From: Dendrobates tinctorius
Taxonomy: Eukaryota
Reading direction: 5' to 3'
Length of the DNA stretch: 64,000 nucleotides
NCBI RefSeq assembly: GCF_039654945.1
Contig: NW_027361676.1
Location: forward strand, 32,426,001 to 32,490,000
Every line of letters begins with the position of its first letter. Positions within the stretch are counted from its first letter, which is position 1. This document shows, piece after piece, positions 24,016-35,275 of this stretch. A program made the position numbers and the translations under genes. The notes below the pieces were generated by a model. The model was not told the DNA's origin. It worked only from the letters and a program-made list of their open reading frames with translations, and did not search any database.

Positions 24016-27000
24016 AGGGGTTTCCACTGTTTAGGCACATCACGGGGTTTCAAAAAGCGGCATGGAGCCACCATTTATTCCAGCCAATTTTGCGTTCAAA
24101 AAGTCAAACGGTGCTCCCTCCATTTCGAGCCCTGACATGTGCCCAAACAGTGGTGTGCCCCCACTTATGGGGTATCAGGGTACTCAGGAAAAATTGCACA
24201 ACAACTTTGGGGGTCTAATTTCTCATGTTACCCTTGGGAAAATAAAAACATGGGGGCTAAAATAATTATTTTTGTGGAAAAAAAATGATTTTTTATTTTC
24301 ACGGTTCTGCGTTATAAACTTCTGTGAAGCACTTGGGGGTTCAACGTGCTCACCACACATCTGGATAAGTTCCTTGGGGGGTCTAGTTTCCAAAATGGGC
24401 TCACTTGTGGGGGGTTTCCACTGTTTAGGTACATCAGGGGCTCTGCAAATGTAACATGATGCCCACAGACCATTCCATCAAGTCGGCATTTCAAAACGTC
24501 ACTACTTCCCTTCCGAGCCCCAACGTGTCCATGAACAGTGGCCCCCCCCACATATGGGGTACCAGCGTACTCAGGACAAACTGGACAACAACTTTTGGGG
24601 TCCAATTTATCCTGTTACCTTTGTGAAAATAAAAAATAGTGGACTAAAAATCATTTTTTGAGAGAAAAAAATATTTTTTTATTTTCACGGCTCTGCGTTA
24701 TAAACTTCTGTGAAGCACTTGGGGGTTCAAAGTGCTCACCACACATCTATATTAGTTCCTTGGGTGATCTAGTTTCCAAAATGGGGTCATTTGTGGGGGG
24801 TTTGCACTGTTTAGGTACATCAGGGGCTCTCCAAACGTGACATGACGCCCACAGACCATTCCATCAAGTCGACATTTCAAACGTCACTACTTCCCTTCCG
24901 AGCCCCAACGTGTGCCCAAACATTGGTCCCCCCACATATGGGGTACCAGCGTACTCAGGACAAGCTGGACAACAACTTTTGGGGTCCAATTTATCCTGTT
25001 ACCCTTGTGAAAATAAAAAATAGCAGGCTAAAAATCATTTTTTGAGGGAAAAAAATATTTTTTTATTTTCACAGCTCTGCGTTATAAACTTCTGTGAAGC
25101 ACTTGGGGGTTCAAAGTGCTCACCTCACATCTAGATTAGTTCCTTGTGTGATCTAGTTTCCAAAATGGGGTAATTTGTGGGGGATTTGCACTGTTTAGGT
25201 ACATCAGGGTCTCTGCAAACGTAACATGACGCCCACAGACCATTCCATCAAGTCTTCATTTTAAAGCGTCACTACTTCCCTTCCGAGCCCCGTGTGCCCA
25301 AACAGTGGTCCCCCCCACTTATGGGGTACCAGCGTACTCAGGACACACTGGACAACATCTTTTGGGGTCCAATTTATCCTGTTACTCTTGTGAAAATAAA
25401 AAATAGTGGACTAAAAATCATTTTTTGAGGAAAAAAAATATTTTTTTATTTTCATGGCTCTGCGTTATAAACTTCTGTGAAGCACTTGGGGGTTCAAAGT
25501 GCTCACCACACATCTATATTAGTTCCTTGGGTGATCTAGTTTCCAAAATGGGGTCATTTGTGGGGGGTTTGCACTGTTTAGGTACATCAGGGGCTCTCCA
25601 AACGTGACATGACGCCCACAGACCATTCCATCAAGTCGACATTTCAAACGTCACTACTTCCCTTCCGAGCCCCAACGTGTGCCCAAACATTGGTCCCCCC
25701 ACATATGGGGTACCAGCGTACTCAGGACAAGCTGGACAACAACTTTTGGGGTCCAATTTATCCTGTTACCCTTGTGAAAATAAAAAATAGCAGGCTAAAA
25801 ATTTATTTTTTGAGGAAAAAAATTTTTTATTTTAACGGCTCTGCATTATAAACTTCTGTGTAGCACCTGGGGGTTCAAAGTGCTCACTATGCATCTAGAT
25901 AAGTTCCTTAGGGGTCTAGTTTTCAAAATGGGGTCATTTGTGGGGGAGCTCCAAAGTTTACGCACACAGGGGCTCTGCAAACACGACATGGTGTCCACTA
26001 ACGATTGGAGCTAATTTTCCATTCAAAAAGTCAAATGACGCTCCTTCCCTTCTGAGCCATGCCGTGCGCTCAAACAGTGGTTTCTCCCCACATATGGGGT
26101 ACCAGTGTACTCAGGACAAACTGGACAACAACTTTTGGGGTCCAATTTATCCTGTTACCCTTGGGAAAATAAAAAATAGCGGACTAAAAAATCATTTTTG
26201 AGGAAAAAAAATATTTTTTTATTTTCATGGCTCTGCATTTATAAACTTCTGTGAAGCACTTGGGGATTCAGAGTGCTCACTACACATCTAGATAAGCTCC
26301 TTGGGGGTTCTAGTTTCCAAAATGGGGTCACTTGTGGGGGTTTCTACTGTTTAGGCACACAGGGGTTCTGCAAATGCAGCATGACACCCGCAGAACATTC
26401 CATCAAAGTCTGCATTCCAAAATGGCGCTCCTTCCCTTCTGAGCTCTCCCATGCTCCCAAACAGTGGTTCCCCCCCACATTTGGGGTATCGGTGTACTCA
26501 GGACAAATTGCAAAACAACTTTTGTGGTTCAATTTCTCCTGTTAGCCTTGTGAAAATTAAAAATAGCGGGCTAAAAAATCATTTTTGAGCATAAAAAAAT
26601 GATTTTTTATTTTCACTGCTCTGCGTTATAAACTTCTGTGTAGCACTTGGGGGTTCAAAGTGCTCACCACACATCTAGATAAGTTCCTTCAGGGGTCTAG
26701 TTTCCAAAATGGGGTCACTTGTGGGGGAGCTCCAATGTTTAGGCACACAGGGGCTCTCCAAATGCGACATGGTGTCCGCTAACGATTGGAGCTAATTTTC
26801 CAATCAAAAAGTCACATGGCGCTCCTTCCCTTCCGGGCCCTGCCGTGCGCCCAAACAGTGGTTTATGACCACATATGAGGTATTGATGTACTCAGGAGAA
26901 ATTGCCCAACAAATTTTAGGATCCATTTTATCCTGTTGCCCATGTGAAAATGAAAAAACTGAGGCTAAATAATATTTTTGTGAAAAAAAAGTACTTTTTT

Positions 27001-27400
27001 TTTTACGAATCAATTTGTGAAGCACCTTGGGATTCAAAGTGCTCACTATGCATCTAGATAAGTTCCTTGGAGGGTCTAGTTTCCAAAATGGGGTCACTTG
27101 TGGGGGAGCTCCAATGTTTAGGCACACAGGTGCTCTCCAAACGCGACATGGCAACCGCTAAATATTCAAGCATATTTTCCATTCAAAAAGTAAAATGGCG
27201 CTCCTTGCCTTCTGAGCCCTGCCGTGCGCCCAAACAGTGGTTTATGACCACATATGAGGTATCGGTGTACTCAGGAGAAATTGCCCAACAAATTTTAGGA
27301 TACATTTTATCCTGTTACCCATGTGAAAATGAAAAAACTGATGCTAAAAGAAAATTTTGGTTGGAAAAATTAAAATGTCCATTTTTTCATTCCATGTTGC
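24016..27400 (+). repeat. Tandem satellite, about 9 units of ~380-395 bp
   Basis: Unit marker ggggg..cca.tgtttagg.aca at about 24016, 24411, 24796, 25179, 25563, 25943, 26336, 26723 and 27102. Units 767 bp apart are near-identical. Confidence 0.9.
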
Positions 27401-28580
27401 TTTAGTTCCTGTGAAGCACCTGAAGGGTTAATAATCTTCTTGAATGTAGTTTTGAGTAGCTTGAGGGGTGCAGTTTTTAGAATGGTGTCACTTTTGGGTA
27501 TTTTCTGCCATATAGACTCCTCAAAGTGACTTCAAATGTGAGGTGGTCCCTAAAAATAATGGTTTTGTAAATTTTGCTGTAAAAATGAGAAATTGCTGGT
27601 CAACTTTTAACCCTTATAACTTCCTAACGAAAAAAAATGTTGTTTCCAAAATTGTGCTGATGTAAAGTAGACATGTGGGAAATGTTATTTATTAACTATT
27701 TTGTGTCACAAGGCTCTCTGGTTTAACAGAATAAAAATTCAAATTTTGAAAATTGCAAAATTTTCAAAATTTTCACCAAATTTTCATTTTTTTCACAAAT
27801 AAATGCAAAAATTATCGACCTAAATTTACCACTAACATGAAGCCCAATATGTCACAAAAAAACAATCTCGGAATCGCTAGGATGCATTGAAGCATTCCTG
27901 AGTTATTACCTCATAAAGGGACATTGGTCAGAATTGCAAAAAATGGCCAGGTCGTTAAGGTCAAAATAGGCTGGGTCATGAAGGGGTTAAGGTTCAAACA
28001 AGTAGAATTCCAGCTTCTGGAATTAATTTTAAAAATGTGAAAAACATTTTATTTGGAACATATTTAAAAATCAAAAAAATTCTTGCCGTATTGCAGGGAG
28101 CAGGAAGAAACATGGCTAAGCATTTTGAATGCTAACAGTGTTCTTCCTCATGTCTTTTTATTATTATTGGCAGAACCTGGAATTTTGGTCAGAATGTCAT
28201 TCCGTGCATGCTGGATCACAAAATATAGGATACACTGAGCTGGCTAATTTTCATCTTTTTTTATAACCTTTAAAATTACATGAGTTCAGAGCCCCTGGAT
28301 CCCATGGTAGCTTGAGTGCCGGACTGATAAATGCCGGAATCGCAGTCGTTCATTAGTTTGGCACTGGTACTTGTAAAGCAATTGAAATAGCGACTAATGA
28401 ACTCAGGTGACCTTACTGTACTTGTTAATAAATGCAAAAATCAATGAAAAAACAGTGTGGGGTCCCCTTTACTTTTCAGAGCGACATCTTAATATTCTGG
28501 GAATGGAAATGTCCATAAAGCTTACCATGCTATTAATATCAGCTCACAGCTGTTTACTTAGCCTCTACTTGTGGGGCTTT

Positions 28581-28868
28581 TTGTTCTCTTCCATAAGAAG
28601 CCATAAGATGAGCTCCATTGCAGACAGAGATGATGGGAGTAATTTTGGTGGACTTTTGGAAGAAGATGATAGGGATAAAACAAAACGGTTGTTTCAGAAT
28701 AGGTCGGAGAAGAAGTGCAGAGACCAGTTCAATGTGCTCATTAAGGAGCTTGGGTCTATGCAGCCCGGAAATGCCCCCAAGATGGACAAATCCACAGTGT
28801 TGCAAAAGAGTATTAACTTTCGGAGGAAACACAAAGAAATTAATGCCAGTGAAATCAGACAAGACTGG
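28581..28868 (+). pseudogene. CLOCK: Intronless (mRNA-derived) fragment of the circadian gene CLOCK: N-terminus plus bHLH
   Basis: Translation [89 protein letters not shown] (ATG 28608) aligns to vertebrate CLOCK as recalled ([91 protein letters not shown]). It has a 4-codon deletion and ends before PAS-A. Confidence 0.93.
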
Positions 28869-29900
28869 GTGCTCAGATTCAGAAGATTTATGCCACACTT
28901 CAGGTTCTGATGGCACAGTGTGCAAACCACCCGCATCTTGTCATCAGCACATTGGCTGACAAAAATGTCCTGCCAGAGAGCTACATTGAGCTGGCTTTGT
29001 TATTCTCATTTCTTCAGCGGGGTGGGCAGCGGCATCCGATGTTCTGACTAGAAGCCGCCCTCTTTGCTTTTGCGCCTTGCTCTCTCTTTTGCTATGCTAC
29101 TGGAGTAGCATGACCACCTCATCTTCCTCCAAACTGCACATGTCACTAGGATGGCCTTTGCTTCATGTGGGGTCTAGAACCTCATTATCTCCCACGTCAT
29201 CTTCCAACCAGTCCTCACTCCTGCCCTTCTTGCCGATTTGCATACTGCAGTAAGAAGAAACAGTTGGTACCTGTGTTTCATCACCATCACCTTCCCATTT
29301 ATGCATCCTCCAACTTATCAAATGGTTGAGCATCAGTGAAGTTAATATTGTTTTGTGGAGCAGGGCCAGACGGAACACAGCCAGTGAAGTCATCAAAAAA
29401 CTGACTGCTGCATGACTTTGGATTTAGACTACATGGCTGATTTGCAAGGGGATGGGGTGGAAGTCGGATGACCATGGCCCGCAGGTGCCAAGTCTGCACT
29501 TTCTGCAGTGAACTTAATGGATGATAATGCAAAGGAACTGTAGGCACTCTTAGCCATCCAATCTAACATCAGCTCAACATGTTCTCACCTCACCATTCAT
29601 GTAGCGGTATTCATCTCTATGAACTGACGCAAAATGTCTTGTCGCCTGTGTTCACCAGAGGAATGTGCTGTATTTGGGCACACAGCAGAAACAGAACGAC
29701 CACTTCTTCATCCTGCAGCAGGTTCATCACCACCACTACCAGAAGCAGCTACAACAACACCACCATGGCCATGTCCTCATCCCCTCATTGATGGTCTACT
29801 CATTTTTTTAAGTGGTTTTCAGGTACACCACTCCCACAAACTCACACAGCGGCAGAGTATAATTATTTTTTTAGGCCAGGCCTCAACATGTACAGACACA
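28869..29900 (-). pseudogene. hAT transposase N-terminal and BED zinc-finger remnant
   Basis: Minus-strand [29 protein letters not shown] (BED-like) and acidic EDDVGDNEVLDPT segment. Confidence 0.7.
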
Positions 29901-30273
29901 ATGGTAGAGTATAATTATTTTTTTTTAGACATGGACACAACTTGTTATGCACAGCAGTAGATTTAAATTATTATTTTGGCCTATCCATAACTTGTACAGA
30001 CACAACTGCAGAGTATAATTCTTTTTTAGGCCCACTTCTCGTACTTGGCTGCAGAGTGACTTTTTGACACAGTACTCCGGCAAGCAGGGGTGCAGAGTAC
30101 ACAAAAAGACTTTTTGGCACAATGCTGCCACTGAGACACATGCCGAGTACACACACGAGGCTTTTTTGCAGAGTGCTCACAAACAAAGTCTAATATTGTC
30201 CCTCACTACAGCTGCGTTCTACCCTTACACTAATCAGAGAAAAATGGTGGTGGCACCAATGATCTGGCATTAA

Positions 30274-30632
30274 GGCTATGTGCCCATGTTAGCATTTTTA
30301 AACGCTCAGGAAACTGATCCCCTTCCCAGAAAACGCGTGTTTTATTTCCGCGAGTTTTTTGCACAAAAGACGAGCGTTTTTGACGCATTTTTTCCGCGCG
30401 TTTTGTGGGCACATTGGAAAAGGCTTAAAACACTCAGCAATGCGGAAATTAATGAGCATGCTGGGTTTTTAGCCGCTAAGCGATTCCCGAGCGTTTAAAA
30501 ACGCATGCATTGGCACAAAAAGCCAAAAATGCATGCAATTTAATGTGAAGCTTCTTTTAAGCGTTTCTGCAGTGTCTGAGCCGGCACAAACTCTGCGGAA
30601 ACGCTTAAAAAATGCAACGTGGGCACACAGCC
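30274..30632. mobile_element. PIF/Harbinger-type MITE
   Basis: TIRs ggctatgtgccca / tgggcacacagcc. 3-bp TAA TSD at 30271-30273 and 30633-30635. Confidence 0.85.
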
Positions 30633-33088
30633 TAATACAAGCTGGGTCATGTAGCGCACCATCCAGTCACAGCCATGCCAATACTTGTCATGGCAGTGAT
30701 GGCTCCGTAAGTGTCCACAACCTAAAAGCTTGTAGATTGGCCATACTGCAGCCTTTCATCAAACTTTATTAGGCATCTAAACTTGAACAGTAAACCGGAC
30801 TTCTGGGAAGAAGTCCATGTTCAGGGTTTGATATGGTTTGAACCCCGAACTTTACAGTTCGGATTCGCTCATGGCTATTCATATCCAGTAAACGTATTCA
30901 CATTTTTTACATTATACACACAAACTTAAATTTTATGTGATATACCAGCACAAAGTAGCAAGTATTTATGAAGTGCAAAGAAATTATACATGTTTTTCTT
31001 AACAACTTAAAAATAGAAATCTGAAAATTGTGACATGCATTTGTATTCAGCCCCCTTGAGTCCGGTACGCCTGAATAAATATTATATATATTATTTATTA
31101 TGCCCCCAGTCATTAAAAACCCGCTATGACAAAATGCTAATGATGGGGCAGGCCTGCACCTCCAAGGCATTGAGGGACAGTTCATGCCATATGTCCAGTT
31201 TGGATACCAAATAGCTGTACGGCACAGAGAAATCATAGAGAACACTAGTATGGTTGGCTAGGTACTCCTTCACCATCTTCCAAAACTTTTCCCTTTTTGT
31301 CAGACTACGCCACACATCAGGGCCTGGGCACTGGGAGGGTCTAATGAAACTGTCCCAGAACTTTGATAGTGTTCCCCTGCCTTTGTTATATCTGGTGTGA
31401 GTCTCTCCACCTTGGTTTCCCAAAGAACTATCACCTCTACCACCAGCGTTGTCAAATGGGAATTTTTGTACTAATTGCTCTACCAGTGCCTCTTGATATT
31501 GCACCATTTAACTAGCTCTCTCTGCCACAGGAATGAGAGACGGAAAGTCCTCCTTGTTGTAGCATGAGTCGAGAAGGGTGAACAACCAATAATCACTGTT
31601 GTTCAAAATACGAGTAACATGAGGGTCACAGGAAAGTCAGCGGGGCATAAAATCAGCCATTTGTGCCAGACTCCCAACAGACAAGACTTCCCTGTCCCTA
31701 CCACGAGGATTTCTCTCCATCTCCTCCTCTTCTCTCTGCTCATCCTCCTCAGCCTATCTATGCTGAACAGACTTATGAAGCTGGTGTTGCTAATGCACTC
31801 TGTAGCACAGGCAACCATTTCCTGCTCCCTCTCCTCCTCAGCCTCCTCCTACTCATTATCACCCAATCTGCAAGGAGATGAGATGAGGCTGGACTGGGTA
31901 GTATCACCCTGTGTACTTTCTTCCTCCATCTCCATCTGGTTCACATGCAAATCTTCCTCTTTAATTGTGAGCAGCGAGCATTTAAGTAGACACAGAAGCA
32001 GGATTGTTACACCACTGACCATCTTAGTTAATTCCTCAAAGTTTTGTCCAAGCCTACGCATCGATTATCTACAAAATACCGATCTATAAGAAATACTGGA
32101 TACTGGAGTTTGTATTACATCATAATTTTTTCGTCTTCAAGGATCGTTTTTTCTTACAAAAACGCGGCACTGCCATGGGTGCGGCGTGCGCCCCGTAATA
32201 TGCAAACCTGTTTCTTGGTTATTGGGAGAGGCAGGTTTTCCTTGGTGGCGGGGCCCACGCCGCAGACCATGTGCAGTGCTGGCACCGTTATATAGATGAC
32301 GTACTAGTCATCTGGCAGGGTTCTATATCTGAACTCAGGGAATTTATGCAACATCTCAATTTGAATTACTGTATGTGAACCTTCGATTCACTTATAAATG
32401 GCACAAATCAAGCCTTGAGTTCTTGGATGTCCTACTGTGTGTGGATGCAGATGGAGTAATCCAAACTGATCTGTTCCGCAAGGAGACAGCAGTAAATTCC
32501 CTCTTACATGCATCTTCTGCGCATGTCCCACCTGTTATTCGTGCTATTCCCACTGGACAGTACTTACGGACTCGGCGCATTTGTTCTACGGAGGAAAAAT
32601 TTGAGCAGCAGGCCAAAGATCTAGGAGAACGATTTAGATCTAGAGGGTATAGTAATCGCTGCATTAGACAGGGATATAGGAGAGACAAACGGACCCCATG
32701 TAATGAATTATTAACCAATTCCTTTAATCCACGGCAACAAGGGAATGAGAATACCATTTGTTTTGTATCTACTTCTAATTGCCTTTGGGATCGGATGAGA
32801 GATATTGTGGAAAAATGCTGGCCGGTCTTACAGACCGATGCAACTCTAATGGCTTGTTTGCCATCAAAACCAAGAATAATTCCTAGACGAAGTATGAATC
32901 TAAAGGATTATCTAGTTAAAAGCCATTATGTACAGAAAACTACAACACCCTTTACCAATTCAAGACGAACATAAGGATGCTTCCCATGTGGCAGATGTGT
33001 CGCATGCCCAAATGTCTGTAGAACTTCGACATTCACATCATCTGATGGGAAGAAAACCTTTCATATAAGGGACTTTATCACATGCAAT

Positions 33089-33738
33089 CAGGGCTGTGGA
33101 GTCGGAGTCGGAGTCGTGGAGTCGGAGTCGGTGCTCATTTTGGTGGAGTCGGAGTCGGAGTGGGAGTCGGTATAAAATGGACCGACTCCGACTCCTAAAA
33201 TATATAATAAATTGGGTACAGTAATTCAATGCAGGATGTGCTGAATATTTTTTCATAGGAGTTTGGGAAAGTTATGAAATGTCCTATAAATGGCTGTTCT
33301 ATTCCTGATCTAAGGCTACATTCACACACAGCGTTTTTCCTGTGTTTTTTGAGGATACGTTTTTCAGCTGCAAAAGCAGATCAGCTTTTTAAAAAACTGC
33401 ATCACCTGAAAGGTTTTTGAGCTCATAGATAATGTTTTCAATAGCAAAAGCAGATTAGAAATCTGCTCTATCTATCCATTTATCCATTTCTGTCTATCCA
33501 TTTCGTATCTGTACCAAAAAGAATGAAAACCGGGTAGTACACCAATATATATTCTGTTCTATCTAAATATCTTGATTATTGGATCATAAAAATGATTAAA
33601 TGTCTGAGGTTCACATTGTACTACAATAAATTTTTCACTTAAATATAAGCAATATGTGTGGGAGTCGGAGTCGGTGTAAGGGAAATTGAGGAGTCGGAGT
33701 CGGAGTCGCAGGTTTGGCTTACCGACTCCACAGCCCTG
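33089..33738. mobile_element. hAT-type MITE with (GGAGTC)n subterminal repeats
   Basis: TIRs cagggctgtggagtcgg / ccgactccacagccctg. Perfect 8-bp TSD catgcaat (33081-33088, 33739-33746). Confidence 0.95.
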
Positions 33739-35238
33739 CATGCAATACAATTAATGTGGTATATTATGCCACCTGCCCTTGTGGTAAAATTTATGTCGGA
33801 CTCACACCACGAGAACTTAAAATTCGCTTACGCGAACATGTGAGGGACATTATAGCGGCTAGGGAGATTCAAGATATCTTCAGTTTGAAAACTCTTCCTA
33901 AGCATTTTAAACTCTTTCATGATGCTAATCCCAAGGGCCTGTTGGTCCATGGTATTGATAAAATCGAGTGCTGTGTCCGGGGTGGCAATGTCAAGAAGAT
34001 CCTCGCACAGCACGAGTGCAGATGGATCTTGACATTGGACACCCTGGCACCAAAGGGATTAAATTAAACTAATAATTTTGGGTCTTTTCTCTAATTATTT
34101 CTCCATTTTTATCCATCTCTATCTCATTTTGCTCTGGTTCTATCCCCTTCCCTCCTCCCTCCCTCTTTTTTTGTTTTCGCCCTTTGTTCCCCATTCTTTC
34201 ACTGGATTTACATCTTTTTTCTGTACTTCCTTGGTATCTGTATTTTAGTATTTTTTCGTTTTAATATGATTCTTGTGTGTTTGCTTTTTAGTTATCATGC
34301 ATTTATAATTCAATACCGTACCGATGTACCTATGCCTGTTCCTGGAAATTTGACTATATTCTATGGGATCAATGATGTCGGTCTGCCGTGGACATTTTTT
34401 CCAAATGATCTTAGCCCATCTACACTTCAACAATTGATTACGGATTTGGATGGACAATCAAATTAAGAGATATAATGGAGCCACCTGGTCTGATGGGTAT
34501 TAATATATGGGATATGTCTCTTTTTATTAAATTAATACCCTATGTGTATATGTATTACGTATCCAGTGACTAGATATACTCTAATTGTACTGTAATGATG
34601 CAGTTTTTTATTTTGCCTTATATATGTTTCCATTGTTTTAATGGAATTTTGAATTACCAACAGCCGCTTTATTATTTTCTGAGCATTCGATGTGGACTAA
34701 GCATACTGAGCCACTAAATTAAAATATCCTGTTTTGTGGCTGCTTACACCAGATTAATAGGCTGGTGAAGGTGGTTTTGATATATGCGCAGTATGATTGT
34801 AATCAAGGTATAATAGATACTTCCCTTTTTTTCATTGCTTTAATATTTTGAAGCAGTGATTATATAATGGGGATACCTGACTTTATGATAGGATCGCTGA
34901 TGGGTATTTGGCACTAATACAGCTGCGACTGATTAAAGCAATTGTGTTATTAAAAAGAGACTCTCCCATTAAGGCGGCTGGCACTTGATCCACAAGAAAA
35001 TGGCCGCGATTTGGAGCGCGTGCTCAGTGCGACCGGTATCGGCGTTACATGTTTCGGCCTTCTATTATGAGTCGCGCGCATTATAATGACGTCACATGGG
35101 TGGTTGTTGTACCACTCTTGTGATGGCAGCGGTTCATTGTACTAACGCCGCCCGGCCTCACTGGGCATGCGCCGCTTTAATCAATGGCACATGGGAGTCT
35201 GGGCATATAAGGTGGATTTGCAGTATAGGCAGACATCT

Positions 35239-35275
35239 CCCCTTGATAAAGAAGTGGCGAAACGTGCGTCGGGGG
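35239..35275 (+). ncRNA. Degenerate minimal hammerhead ribozyme in the Penelope terminal region
   Basis: cccc-TTGATAA-agaagtggc-GAAA-cgtgc-GTC-gggg matches the stem I / CUGANGA / GAAA / GUC layout, with two core changes. Confidence 0.6.

Larger units (their letters stand above)
22912..27986 (+). mobile_element. Complete ~5.1-kb non-autonomous piggyBac-type element
   Basis: TTAA TSD at 22908-22911 and 27987-27990. 13-bp TIRs ccccttcacgacc / ggtcatgaagggg (12/13 match). No transposase. Confidence 0.9.
21087..30877 (-). mobile_element. Putative internally rearranged hAT element with facing TIR-like ends. Hosts the piggyBac-type element, the CLOCK fragment and a MITE.
   Basis: Left end taaagatgagcgaaccc (21087) and right end ggattcgctcatggcta (30877). 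BED finger and N-terminal remnants at 28869-29900. No 8-bp TSD, so the two ends may belong to different copies. Confidence 0.45.

Noticed and set aside
24062-27405. Repeated short ORFs in the satellite
   Set aside because: Chance frames recurring with the repeat unit, with no domain similarity.
28407-28910. Exon of the functional CLOCK or NPAS2 gene
   Set aside because: No splice structure, several exons fused, conserved residues mutated and flanks are transposon. The N-terminal [10 protein letters not shown] segment fits CLOCK rather than NPAS2.
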